Positions 9,901 through 19,669 of a stretch of DNA of 64,000 nt are shown piece after piece. The stretch comes from a virus (Duplodnaviria > Caudoviricetes). The notes beneath the pieces were generated by a model. That model was not told where the DNA came from. It ran no database searches and saw nothing but the letters and a program-made list of their open reading frames with translations. The position numbers and the translations under genes are program-made. The stretch lies in the IMG/VR virus record IMGVR_UViG_3300025018_000091, one strand, 5' to 3'. Within the stretch, counting starts at the first letter, position 1. Every line of letters begins with the position of its first letter.

Positions 9901-12829
9901 CACCCTTAAAATAAATTTGGTTATCAGTTGGATTAGTTCCTACAAGAACTGTTTGTAAGCCAAATCCTCTTATTACTCCATTTTGATGAAGTAATTTATC
10001 TGATAGAGAGATGTAACTTAAAGCGGAAGTACTTAAATCTTTTTCACTAATATTTCCAAATTGTCTTTCATCACGTACATAATTAACTAAATTTGAAACA
10101 GTATTATGCTGACATGTAGCAATCATCATGATTTCATCATCTAATGCTAATGATGGGAACAATTGTATATCAATTAGTTCATCAGCTATAGGTAGAGACA
10201 ATGTAGAATTAGCATCAAACATAATATCAATATAATCAACATGAGTTTCATCATAAAATCTAACTATTTCACCAATTCTACCAGAGACTAATGGACCATA
10301 TTTTGTATAATTAGAACCGTCATATGATACAAGGTATCCATCAAAATTTCCATAAATATCAAACGATAACATTCTTAAAGAAATTTTTGTTACAGAACCA
10401 AATTGATATCCTCTTAATTTAGTAGAAATTCTAACTAAATCTAGTTTTGCTAGATTTGTTGTAGAATACAATGTTACACCATTAACGGTTGTTCCTCCAT
10501 TAATATGGATTCTTCCTCTTTCATGAGTAAATGTATTGGCATTTTCATCGATAAATACTTCAAAATGTCTCTTAAAAGATGTGACTAAAGAAACATCAGT
10601 TGCGGTTTCTGCATTAAAAGATACCGAATCTGAATTGAAGTATAATGCAAATTCACCAGAACTGGATGTAGTTGCTGGAGAAGAACCATATGCATGTACG
10701 CCGTCATAAACAGTAATATCAGTATCTGATCCACTTCCACAACCAAATGCAATTGATTTTATTATAAATCTACCAAAATCTATTGTTGCACCAGTGCCAG
10801 CAGATTGTATTACTAATGTTTTGCCTGGCTTTAATCTAGTTGCCGATAAATCGATTCCAGCAATACGATATGTAACTTCTACTCTATCACCATATGGATT
10901 TCTTGCAGTAATATCTGCTAACCAATATCCATCACCATAGCCATCTAATAATTGACCTGTTTCAAAAGTTAATTTATCTTTTTCAGTACCATTAACATAA
11001 TAATTTGCTTTTGTTACAGGTACAAAAATTTTTGTTGGAATTTGAGCTGATTCAGTTGTAGTATAAGGTGTCATATAAGGTGGGCTTGCTATAGCTGCTC
11101 CTGAACCTCCAAATCCAAGTGGGTCTGGAGCGACAAGTGGAGAAGATGCAAACAATCCTACAACATTATTTGGGAATGCCACACCAGTTGCAGTTTGATC
11201 ATAACTTCCAGATACAACAATTCCATTTAAAATAGAAAATGATGCATTATTATAACAATCAGACATCATTATACCAATTTCACCCTGATATGAATAAGCT
11301 ATAAATCTATAATTAAATCCTGGTTGTCTAAATTGGTTGTTAATAGCTTCAACTACAGATTCTAAAGTATAAGAACCTGGTGTAGCTCCTGCATTACCTG
11401 TAACATCGATAGCGGGAAGAATAATGTATCCATCTTGAGGGAAACCAGTAGGATATAAAGCTAAATATAATAGATAATGGGTACTGTCTAATAAATCAGG
11501 ATTAAATCCGAGACCTAATGCCATAGCATTACGAGGGTTGCCAACAATTAAGCTTGGCATAATTGATGTACCCATATCATGATTGACTGCTGCAGATGCT
11601 AATACACCAAATTTATTATTATTGAATAGTGATTTATCAATTCTTGCACTTGCATATCCATCAGAAGAATAGAACATATTCTTTCCAAAAATTCTAACAA
11701 TATATGTTGTTCCTGCTACAAATTTTTTCTCTTTTATAACATAAGGAACTTCAACTGCACCATGCTCACTGGTTGCAGTATAACTAATACGAATAATATC
11801 ACCTGGTTTTACTAAAGAAAATTGTGTATCAAATTCAAACGTAGTTAATACACTAGTAGATGGTTTAAATTCTATAATATCATCACCAGTATCAATATCA
11901 TCAACGGGAGCGCTGCCAGGAACTATTGCAAGAGGATCGTAAGTGCCCAACAAATATACTCTTACTGGAGTTGATGGAACGATAGCCGGACCTGCAATCT
12001 GAGAGCCTAACTTTGCAGATCTTGATATTCTAGAAATTCCATTAGAATATAAGTTTTGAATTCTTGTTCCATATAGGAAAATGCTAGATTCATCTATAAA
12101 TTGTGCAAATAATTGTAAATCATTGGCTGTATCAGGAATTACAGCAAACCTACTGGTATTTAGAAAAATACCTTCAGCAGGATGTGAATAATTGGCAGAA
12201 TAAGAGGAACCATTATTAGTAGTAATTGTATTGCTGGTAACATCTGTGCCGTCCGCAAATTGATGAACAAGTAATTCTGTATTCATATCATTAACTAAAT
12301 CATATGAATCAGAATTATCTCTATAAGTACCATATCTATTTTTTAGATATTTAATAGGATCCGCATTAACATCTATATGAGTAAGATCGTGACGATATAT
12401 GGCGCCACTCATATGTGGTTCTAATTTAATACCGCTAACTGAAATCCATCCTAAAGCAGTATTAATTCCAGTAACATTGTCTCTGATATAATTAAATAAA
12501 TCTCCAGTTCTATAATCAAGTCGTAATTTAGATTCTGGGATGTTTGCATTGTTTTCAATTTGACTATTTGTAATTGGTAATGTTACTAATCCCAAACTTG
12601 TTATAGCTGATGGATTTATAGCACCACTAGGAAGAAGAGCTACACCAATTCTTTGAGCAAGTGAGCCTGCAGTTCCTGATGCGCCTAAACCTATTTCATT
12701 TTCTATATTAAAAACAGCATCACGTACTGCATTTATAGCTTCACCACCAATTTCCGTTAAGTTATCGTTTACAAATGGTAAAGTTGTATCATCATCAAAA
12801 TCTGAAGGAAAATTACTCATATTCCACAC
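6938..12829 (-). CDS. Very large tail/baseplate-attached protein with a right-handed beta-helix (tailspike/depolymerase-like)
   Basis: 1963 aa. The C-terminal 40% has repeated parallel beta-helix strands (IVFKDCSL, IFIEDNTF, VLISNNIF, CVISNNIV, LTIQNNTC, LSIIGNHL, CVISGNII, IITNNTV). Likely ATG start at 12820. Confidence 0.7.
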   Translation of the reverse strand: MWNMSNFPSDFDDDTTLPFVNDNLTEIGGEAINAVRDAVFNIENEIGLGASGTAGSLAQRIGVALLPSGAINPSAITSLGLVTLPITNSQIENNANIPESKLRLDYRTGDLFNYIRDNVTGINTALGWISVSGIKLEPHMSGAIYRHDLTHIDVNADPIKYLKNRYGTYRDNSDSYDLVNDMNTELLVHQFADGTDVTSNTITTNNGSSYSANYSHPAEGIFLNTSRFAVIPDTANDLQLFAQFIDESSIFLYGTRIQNLYSNGISRISRSAKLGSQIAGPAIVPSTPVRVYLLGTYDPLAIVPGSAPVDDIDTGDDIIEFKPSTSVLTTFEFDTQFSLVKPGDIIRISYTATSEHGAVEVPYVIKEKKFVAGTTYIVRIFGKNMFYSSDGYASARIDKSLFNNNKFGVLASAAVNHDMGTSIMPSLIVGNPRNAMALGLGFNPDLLDSTHYLLYLALYPTGFPQDGYIILPAIDVTGNAGATPGSYTLESVVEAINNQFRQPGFNYRFIAYSYQGEIGIMMSDCYNNASFSILNGIVVSGSYDQTATGVAFPNNVVGLFASSPLVAPDPLGFGGSGAAIASPPYMTPYTTTESAQIPTKIFVPVTKANYYVNGTEKDKLTFETGQLLDGYGDGYWLADITARNPYGDRVEVTYRIAGIDLSATRLKPGKTLVIQSAGTGATIDFGRFIIKSIAFGCGSGSDTDITVYDGVHAYGSSPATTSSSGEFALYFNSDSVSFNAETATDVSLVTSFKRHFEVFIDENANTFTHERGRIHINGGTTVNGVTLYSTTNLAKLDLVRISTKLRGYQFGSVTKISLRMLSFDIYGNFDGYLVSYDGSNYTKYGPLVSGRIGEIVRFYDETHVDYIDIMFDANSTLSLPIADELIDIQLFPSLALDDEIMMIATCQHNTVSNLVNYVRDERQFGNISEKDLSTSALSYISLSDKLLHQNGVIRGFGLQTVLVGTNPTDNQIYFKGGAALVSGKVIYKNGETVAIPKIKESYGGNKYDINWALCVNDKGEYQPIPLLDYDDVNGTPNADRIFLAYNPLNGQTYKLDAAYFSDIVNNRKDLTLLYVVYSSVSVTMSVATSTLVMRDVRKYVTDVDANLPLRYNAGEGQSNFKSISSIFNWLNYNNSYNGSVVIKGAAITLAEPNGTIITEDLKIGTDDRGLIVIDGKDDANLEFTGTVNIGSNVTFKNINLYFSNLLTFSSESNLLRFENCNITIDPGIAMTNNIAIDLANANNIVFKDCSLNIMYPTLTSSGGSVFRLTNCEDFQFINSSVDVMFYPTRTYYPGDVFNFVNSTKNVIKDSWFTGDFIRLVKLSNASNSTTVRNCNVTSTYDPQLNTSIYTSSNLVNSGYGYIQSSITTTLQDIFIEDNTFNYNPVTASSNRFPFVNFELTTYNSVLDNVRVTGCRFNNLNVNTSSEDNRNGISIINSSTEQDADQPQPIASNVLISNNIFNRSQSIVMTSVTANDRMVYPGLMAINCVISNNIVGTIGYWIGSGSKFANTPPTYNPNNFNSKSTNLTIQNNTCYYIATQDHLGKYFVTSERVSGVSTQMSNYPSGFVTIKDNKLSWIHVGIAFEDNSKLSIIGNHLNAYYYSYLTPYGEVSGGTTDGEAYGSQFAIFVNANTYTDTPAVDGYGNPLNGNNSNCVISGNIIGAGYWYIPTLNIYKYGRGGIFCKASAIITNNTVKGVSSSTTATRLIAYSGTNMIITHNKLYREDSDIYYYIGFAYYESNSWNGSNSAGIITENYLDSPYKNGTSTNLIYAPTDVSARWLVERNINQTITRKLRLLDGVSTVDGYINQMTVGVATKPVDYTYSSLQVVYFYTAAAPNYIKAYQLIFELTDIIPPEVKLVYAKATATGNAYANDTSTMSIFLSVQNKINTGTPKSDDYPAGALFGHLLPYTGETYVMTLDDTAGTLTDYVNSVNGYLVLTIGAWFQSSTQNMIFEIDEIEIKYRW

Positions 12830-12867
12830 CGTTTAGTATAATAATTCTGATTAATATATAACCAGAA

Positions 12868-13278
12868 TTATTCTTTGGTTTCTGTATCATCTACTATGCC
12901 TGCTGATGCACCATCGGCAGAAGGTGGTTGGGATGGTGAACCAAGTGATTTCATTTTACTACTAATAATTGCTTTTACCCATCTCCAAGCAAAACCTGAT
13001 AAAAGTCCAGCAACTAATCCAAATGCAAATCTACCACTTGCAGAAGTTATTTCTAATGGATATGGATATTGTACTGCAATAACCGCACCAAGAGAACCTA
13101 AAATTAATGGTAAAATAGGCAAAATCAATTCAGACCATAAATGATTTTCTTTTGCATCATAACCTTTAATATGAAAAGCATAATTTACTACCATTGTGAC
13201 TACATATGTAAATGCAGACACGGCTAAGCAAAATAAAACGAACTGATAACTAAAAAGAGCTTGTAGTGCAGTATCCAT
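12868..13278 (-). CDS. Holin-like membrane protein
   Basis: 136 aa with three hydrophobic segments and a charged C-terminal tail. Confidence 0.45.
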   Translation of the reverse strand: MDTALQALFSYQFVLFCLAVSAFTYVVTMVVNYAFHIKGYDAKENHLWSELILPILPLILGSLGAVIAVQYPYPLEITSASGRFAFGLVAGLLSGFAWRWVKAIISSKMKSLGSPSQPPSADGASAGIVDDTETKE

Positions 13279-13325
13279 AGATTTCTCCTTATGGAGTATA
13301 CGAAAGAATTAATATATTGTAGTAA

Positions 13326-14672
13326 TTATGGTCTTATAACTTCTATAATTAATGATGCTCCACCATACATATACATTGTTCCAAGATCATCACTATCAGC
13401 TTTCATAGCTACCACAGCCCTTATAGTATCAGGAACTATTATAGTATATATACTTGTTAATGTTATATACGATGGATCTATTGATGGTAAATCTATATAG
13501 ATTTCACCACCAGGCATAATAGTATCACCTAATAAACCATTTATTAAAATACAGGCATATCCGGAATTGCTAGAAGAATTAGCTACATACCCACTAAATG
13601 TTATTTTAACAACATCTCCTATTTGAGCAACATGATTTCCAGTCCACATAGCATATTCATAATCTTCTAATGTTGTACTAAAAAATTCATTCCATCCACT
13701 AAATGCACTACTAATATTTGAAGAATATGAAATATCTTGAAAAACCAATTTATTACTATTATTTATTTGGAAATTGGTTCCACCTGATTCTTTTATCCAA
13801 AGGCTACCGCTATCAGAATATAAAATAGTACCACTTGTAGGACTACTAACTGGTACAGAGTCTGCATTAGCAATATAAATTACTTTACCGCCACTATCTA
13901 TTGGCATCTCTGTATCAGTAACAGGTCCACATAATGATAGAACAAAACGTCCCTTATCATTTGGTTCCGTTATTTGTAACATTTTTAGAGCACCAGCGCC
14001 CGTTGCTAATGACAAAGTTCCTTGCTTATATATTGTTGGGGCATATGTATACCCTGCTGATAAAACAAGATCTCCTGCATTATTGGCTGTAGAGTTTTGT
14101 GCCTTAATAGTCATGCTATTACCAGCCGCAGCAATATTAGGCATAGAAATCACTGCTGGATTTAAACTAGTAAATGAAACGATTGGACATCTCATTTCAA
14201 CATAACCAGTTGGTCCAGTTCCTGTTCCTGTAATTGTTATTACTTCTTGACTTAAAAAATCTCCATCTAAATCTCCACCAGGCTCAAATTCATTTATTGT
14301 TCCTGGCGCCCAACTTGTACCACCCCATATTAATATTTGTCCTGATGTTGGAGCTGTGGATAATACTGTTCTGCCCTGAATTCTAGAAGCAGAACACCTA
14401 ACATTATCAATATCTACAGAATCTGATAAGTCTCCAGATAATTTAATAACACCTTTGACTGTAGATGTTGCATCAGGCACTGTAACTGCAAATGGTGCTA
14501 ATTCTTCAATTGCATCCTGAACATTTGTATGTGTCACAGAATTTATTACCACAGAAGGCTCTAATGTAATAATTCCTGCTTTATGATGAGGTGGTTTTCC
14601 ATCAATATGATCTTGAAAATCATATCTATCTGCTGCTAACCTTCCTACGCCTTTTCTAAATGTAGTTGTCAT
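13326..14672 (-). CDS. Tail fibre-type protein
   Basis: 448 aa with fibre motifs VPDATSTVKGVIKLSGDL and APTSGQILIWGGTSW. Ser/Thr/Gly-rich. Confidence 0.65.
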   Translation of the reverse strand: MTTTFRKGVGRLAADRYDFQDHIDGKPPHHKAGIITLEPSVVINSVTHTNVQDAIEELAPFAVTVPDATSTVKGVIKLSGDLSDSVDIDNVRCSASRIQGRTVLSTAPTSGQILIWGGTSWAPGTINEFEPGGDLDGDFLSQEVITITGTGTGPTGYVEMRCPIVSFTSLNPAVISMPNIAAAGNSMTIKAQNSTANNAGDLVLSAGYTYAPTIYKQGTLSLATGAGALKMLQITEPNDKGRFVLSLCGPVTDTEMPIDSGGKVIYIANADSVPVSSPTSGTILYSDSGSLWIKESGGTNFQINNSNKLVFQDISYSSNISSAFSGWNEFFSTTLEDYEYAMWTGNHVAQIGDVVKITFSGYVANSSSNSGYACILINGLLGDTIMPGGEIYIDLPSIDPSYITLTSIYTIIVPDTIRAVVAMKADSDDLGTMYMYGGASLIIEVIRP

Positions 14673-14681
14673 AATTTGCCT

Positions 14682-16250
14682 TTATGGTAAAATGATAGTA
14701 TGTATATGTCCAACAGCAGATAATATCTGTCCATCTTTAACTACATGATTATGTCCCTGAACAACATCTGTTGTTTGATTTATTTGTGAAACAGATGTAA
14801 TATTCTCATTAATAACGATCTTGTGTGTATGTGGAAGAATTCCTGTTGTAAATCCAATACTTGTATTAAGTTGAGAAGGAAACATGCTGGTATCACTAAA
14901 AACACGTATTTGATATGCAGGATCTGTTTTTCTGATTCTTTGTGCTTTTATTTTTTGACCGCCCTGTAATTCTAATACAGTATTATTTCTTGTTACAGAT
15001 AAAACTTCATATCTATAATCTTCATTTCCATCCATATCATATAAAATCAAGATATCTCTATCTTTAATGGTAGGAACAGTTAGCGTCCAAAATTCTACAG
15101 GAAATTCAGATTCTAAACCAGCTTCCGTCATTTTTACATCTTCATCAGTTGGTCCTGGTCTAACCATTATTCTTCCATCTGATCTGCGAGGATTAAAATA
15201 TTGCTCATATCCAAACACAAATTTAGTTCCATAACATAATGGACATCTGTCATCTGGATATTCGCTTGAAGGTTGATAACATGAACATGTAATTCCAGTT
15301 CTAACTCTTTTAATTAAAACAGCAGGTTTTGCAGTAACACTTAAACCAAGCTCTTGTCTCTGTGTATTATTGTCTTGTAATGAAAATCCTCTTAACATTT
15401 GAAAATTGCCATATTGATCTATACATCCATGTTCGCCACCAATATAACTACCAACACATGTTCCATTTAATAATTGTACAGGATCTGTCCTATGCCACCC
15501 AGCATAATCATAAGCAGGAAAATCAACATTATATTCATCACTAACAGATAAATCTGACGTTAATAGATCTTTAGTAACTTGATGATATCCATCTTCATTT
15601 GTTCTTTGAAATTGTGGATATTCAAAACGACATTGACATTGAAAAACTTGATCCCAAGCACGGTCTTCTCCAACTACCCAAAAATTAATAGTAGGATTCC
15701 AAGTTCTATAGCCATCATATCCATCTACATTATGAATTCTTGGATCTGTGTTATTGTATCCTCGCAAATATCCATCAAGATTATTTAATATAAAATCTAC
15801 AGACATATATTGAATTAATTCAACACCCACTTTAATGATACCATCATTAGGAAAACCATAAGCATCTAATAATGGTATAGTTAAATCTGTAGCGGTAATA
15901 TTACCCCTTAATAAACTAGATGGAATAAGTCTTAAATTATCATAGGCTACAGGAAGATTTGTTAAATCATATAGACTAGGGTCATATTCAACAGGTCTAA
16001 CACAAAAGAAATATAATTGACCAGGAATTAAGTTAATAATATTTGCTTCTAATGAATCGTCAATAGAAACATATTTTACACCTTCAGTAAAAACGGTTTC
16101 TTTGATAGTAGAATAATAGATATTATATGCAATTCTATTTGGTGGAGTATTTCTATACGCCTGATGCCAGCGTAAATTGACAGTATATCCATCACCTAGT
16201 GAAGATACTAAGTCTAGACCTGATCTTACTGGATTAGGATAGAAAACCAT
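14682..16250 (-). CDS. Virion structural protein, possibly neck/head-closure (FN3-like N-terminus, CxC...CxxC segment, His-rich C-terminus)
   Basis: LRWHQ...AYNIYYS...GQLYFFCVRP (FN3-like); TCSCY...RCPLCYGT; three HxH motifs in the last 45 aa. Confidence 0.5.
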   Translation of the reverse strand: MVFYPNPVRSGLDLVSSLGDGYTVNLRWHQAYRNTPPNRIAYNIYYSTIKETVFTEGVKYVSIDDSLEANIINLIPGQLYFFCVRPVEYDPSLYDLTNLPVAYDNLRLIPSSLLRGNITATDLTIPLLDAYGFPNDGIIKVGVELIQYMSVDFILNNLDGYLRGYNNTDPRIHNVDGYDGYRTWNPTINFWVVGEDRAWDQVFQCQCRFEYPQFQRTNEDGYHQVTKDLLTSDLSVSDEYNVDFPAYDYAGWHRTDPVQLLNGTCVGSYIGGEHGCIDQYGNFQMLRGFSLQDNNTQRQELGLSVTAKPAVLIKRVRTGITCSCYQPSSEYPDDRCPLCYGTKFVFGYEQYFNPRRSDGRIMVRPGPTDEDVKMTEAGLESEFPVEFWTLTVPTIKDRDILILYDMDGNEDYRYEVLSVTRNNTVLELQGGQKIKAQRIRKTDPAYQIRVFSDTSMFPSQLNTSIGFTTGILPHTHKIVINENITSVSQINQTTDVVQGHNHVVKDGQILSAVGHIHTIILP

Positions 16251-16772
16251 TTATATTTTCTCCATTAATACATCTTCTAATTTATCGCGTTTCTTATCAT
16301 CATCTACTTCGTGATGTTCAAGTAGTCTATCAACATATTCTTCAGCCTCATCATCACCAAATTGTTCTGCAATATATTCTACTTGATTCTGAAACCCTTC
16401 TTGTTCAAATGGATTTTCTAAATAGTCACCATCATCTGAACTTTGAGTTGGTTTATCTCCAGTAGTTTGCTGAAGCCAATGCGTCATCTCATGAACACCA
16501 TAGGAAAAATCTTTAAAAAAATCACCATCGGTTAACAGTTTGTAATTATAGATGATTACACCATGATCGGTTTTAGCTGAAACATCTATTTTACCAAACG
16601 TCATCGGGATATGATCGATTTCATCAAGATCGACACCATATTCTTTGAACATGTCTTGAACCACAGGGTCTTTTTTTAAATATGCCCTCAACTTCTTAAT
16701 CAGTCGATTAAGAGTCTTATAAGGGAACTTTTTCACCACAGATAATGGGATCTTTTCTTGATCTTTAGACAT
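16251..16772 (-). CDS. Zincin-like metallopeptidase
   Basis: HExxH motif GVHEMTHWLQ plus a downstream YLENPFEQEGF third-ligand-type motif. Confidence 0.65.
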   Translation of the reverse strand: MSKDQEKIPLSVVKKFPYKTLNRLIKKLRAYLKKDPVVQDMFKEYGVDLDEIDHIPMTFGKIDVSAKTDHGVIIYNYKLLTDGDFFKDFSYGVHEMTHWLQQTTGDKPTQSSDDGDYLENPFEQEGFQNQVEYIAEQFGDDEAEEYVDRLLEHHEVDDDKKRDKLEDVLMEKI

Positions 16773-16811
16773 ACTTCAATGATAAAATAATCATATTGTT
16801 ATATATAATAC

Positions 16812-17040
16812 ATGGCTCTTATAAGAATAAAAATACCAACATCGTTGCATCGTTTTCTTAAAAAGATTGATGTGCTAGACAAAAAAGAAGATAGCTCAGA
16901 TTATCATATAACCTTATTTATTATTGAAAATATATGCCCATTCATGATGTCTCTAAATCAGTTGAAGCAGTATGCAACGCAATCAAAAATACAAAACCAA
17001 TCAAATTAAAAATAAATAAAGTCATAAATTTTATGAATAA
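16812..17040 (+). pseudogene. Possible frameshifted, truncated 2H-phosphoesterase fragment
   Basis: ORF 16812 gives MALIRIKIP...EDSSDYHITLF (one HxT motif). Plausible sequence continues in the -1 frame from about 16934 (MPIHDVSKSVEAV...KPIKLKINKVINF). No second HxT is present. Confidence 0.35.
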
Positions 17041-17071
17041 CAAGATAATTATACTAGGACATATATTTTGC

Positions 17072-17626
17072 ATGAAATATGGGCAACAAATCATAAATGT
17101 TAATCCAGAATTTCAAAAACAAATTAACTATTTTTTAAACAAAGGTAATCTAGGATATCAAATCACTGTTGATGGAAAATGGGGACCAAAAACTACCAAA
17201 GCTTTACAAGATATAAATTCAAAATTATTACATAATGAACTTAATTTAAATAATTCAAGTGAAACTATAAAAGATTTAGACATTGCTTATAGTAATTATA
17301 CTCGTGGAGATCAAGGATTAAATAAATGGAAAACTATATCACAAACAAGTAAAGCAATGCAATCTATAAAACAAATAGCTGATAAAATAACACAAAATGG
17401 TAGTCTAAAAGATACTGGCTTGATAATTATGCACTCTCATACAAATATGGGTGGACCATCAGAAGATAATTTAACTAAAATATATGCAAATAATCCACGA
17501 ACAGATATTACCAACAATGTTATACAGCATTTTGGAAATTTATTTGAACAATTAGATAAAGAACTCAATGATAATGGAATCCATATATTACCTTGGTCTG
17601 TATTATATCAAAAACCTGGAAGATAA
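17072..17626 (+). CDS. Protein with a peptidoglycan-binding-like motif
   Basis: VDGKWGPKTTKALQ resembles the PG_binding_1 consensus. Likely start MKYGQQ at 17072 (track ORF 16934-17626). Confidence 0.5.
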   Translation: MKYGQQIINVNPEFQKQINYFLNKGNLGYQITVDGKWGPKTTKALQDINSKLLHNELNLNNSSETIKDLDIAYSNYTRGDQGLNKWKTISQTSKAMQSIKQIADKITQNGSLKDTGLIIMHSHTNMGGPSEDNLTKIYANNPRTDITNNVIQHFGNLFEQLDKELNDNGIHILPWSVLYQKPGR

Positions 17627-18230
17627 TTTTTAGATTTTATTGCTTTTTGATATTTTCTGTCTAGATAAATAGTGGCATCTTTATAGAGATAATCTACAAT
17701 ATCATTCACATCAGACTTCGCGCAAAATTCAAAATCTGCAGTTTTTCCTGATTTTCTAATATAATAAGAACCGCTTCCTATACAACATTCATCTTTAATT
17801 ATATCAAACATCTCTCGCACAAACACTGGTGTCCCACACATACCAATACGAATTTCTGTCGTATAGTCTTTTCCATTATTTCTGTGTTCTCTCCACCAAC
17901 CATCTCCATCTAAACATCCTCTAATAAAATGTCGAATTCCAGGATGATCTTTTAATTGTTCTGGAAACCTATATGTATGAGTTTTATTTGGCACAATATT
18001 AAACTCCGCTAATCTGTTGAATATTTTTTCTGATGTAATAATGATTTCATTAGCTAAATATTCATTTTTTATAAACCCATTTTTACCAGCAGTTTTCTTT
18101 TCAATTTTATTACTAATAGGCGATTGACTATCCAAATCTTTTTTGAATAATTTAATATGATCTAAATCTTTATGTGCTAATTTTAATTTTATTTGATAAG
18201 AATATTGATGTTTTGCAACATTACCATCTG
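17608..18230 (-). pseudogene. LAGLIDADG endonuclease lacking its 5' end
   Basis: Second motif RHFIRGCLDGDG is intact. The frame extends upstream to DGNV (end of motif 1) at about 18228, but there is no proper start and the first LAGLIDADG helix is missing. Confidence 0.7.
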
Positions 18231-18315
18231 TTCTCCTGCTAACTATATATCAGCATATGCGTATGTTGCGACAAGCGCGTCAACTAATTTGAAATCTTCA
18301 TAAGCACTTGATTTA

Positions 18316-19215
18316 TCAGTATAATCTGCGGGCACGGAGGTGTCGTAATTTTGAGAACGCTGGATTTATTGCAGAATTCATACTGAATACACCTAATCCC
18401 TTTGGTGCCGGTCTCAAACTATTCTTGATATACTTTAGTTTTTCCCAATAATGTGCTAACAAGGAAGAATATTGAGTCATCATCAATTCACTAATTGTTG
18501 GTAAATTAAAATTGATACCATTATCAGTAACCTGAAATTCTCTACCACGTTCAATTAAAGCTTTTGAAGCTAATGCATAAAGCGTTGCTCCTTCTACTAA
18601 AATTTCTCCAAATTGTTCAACGAAATTATCATCATCAAATTGAAAAAATGTAAAATAAGGAACTTGATTAAAATCCCATAGAGCTGTTGCTATTATAGTT
18701 GTTAAAGTTTCTACTGAAAAATAAGCACAATCTACATAAATTACATTTCCATAAGAATCTGTAGCTTTTGCTTTACCATCACTATTTAATCTATGTCTTA
18801 AAGACTTCATTAATTTATTTATATTTTTGGTTGCAGCTTGAGAATAATCAAAGCCGGGATCATCTCCAAGATGAACATAACCATCTAAATTAATAGCTGG
18901 AATTTGTGTATGTAATACAATAAAGCCAAATTCTACTTCTACTCTAAAACCATTTACATATCCAGTCCATACATCACGCCATTCACCATAAGGTCCATTA
19001 ATTGGGATAGTAAATATATAAGAATATTTTCCAACTCCAACTTGAGATACATTGGAAGAGGTTGGAGATAAGGCAACTAATCCGCTTGGCTGAATTAAAG
19101 AAATTTGTGGATATGAATCAGTATTTATAGGAGTTCCACTACCATCTTTGAATTGTACAGTTAGATTTACCTGATCGGTTACATCAATTAATTCGCCTCT
19201 CGCTTTGATTGCCAT
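18316..19215 (-). CDS. Probable head-tail adaptor/neck protein
   Basis: 299 aa. Ig-like N-terminal half (GVGKYSYIFTIP...GEWRDVW) and a helical C-terminal half. Located between the head and tail modules. Confidence 0.45.
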   Translation of the reverse strand: MAIKARGELIDVTDQVNLTVQFKDGSGTPINTDSYPQISLIQPSGLVALSPTSSNVSQVGVGKYSYIFTIPINGPYGEWRDVWTGYVNGFRVEVEFGFIVLHTQIPAINLDGYVHLGDDPGFDYSQAATKNINKLMKSLRHRLNSDGKAKATDSYGNVIYVDCAYFSVETLTTIIATALWDFNQVPYFTFFQFDDDNFVEQFGEILVEGATLYALASKALIERGREFQVTDNGINFNLPTISELMMTQYSSLLAHYWEKLKYIKNSLRPAPKGLGVFSMNSAINPAFSKLRHLRARRLY

Positions 19216-19226
19216 TGTATCTCCTA

Positions 19227-19595
19227 TTAAAATGAGGTTGCTGAGTATAATCCAAACGGGGCACTAACTAAAATCTGATATGATTGAAATTTTAACAGAT
19301 ATGTATTTGGTTCTCGATATGCCAGATCTACAAAATAACTTCCTACAGATGTTGCTCCTGTAGGTAACGTAAATTTGTAATAATAAATTCCAGTATCAAA
19401 CTGAGTCATAGGATATGGATAATATCCATCTAAAGTCATATCTGGATAAACAATACGCTGAACGACTGGCGATTCATAGCCATCAATAGTATAGCCATCA
19501 GCATAATAACCGTCAGCATAATAGCCATCGCTATTTTTGGTCTCTAAAAATAGCGTTACTGTCTGACCTGGAGAGTGGGATAATATCTGTACCAT
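19227..19595 (-). CDS. Small Ig-like virion protein with five DGY motifs
   Basis: 122 aa, PGQTVTLFLET...TGIYYYKFTLP...GSYFVDL. Contains SDGYYADGYYADGYTIDGY. Confidence 0.55.
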   Translation of the reverse strand: MVQILSHSPGQTVTLFLETKNSDGYYADGYYADGYTIDGYESPVVQRIVYPDMTLDGYYPYPMTQFDTGIYYYKFTLPTGATSVGSYFVDLAYREPNTYLLKFQSYQILVSAPFGLYSATSF

Positions 19596-19669
19596 ATAAC
19601 CTCTTTTAATATACGCAAATATTAACTACAATTTTATGTATATGTTAACATATTAAATGAAGGTTTATC

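Noticed and set aside
1-19595. Tailocin or extracellular contractile injection system
   Set aside because: The capsid, prohead protease and scaffold genes are in the same module.
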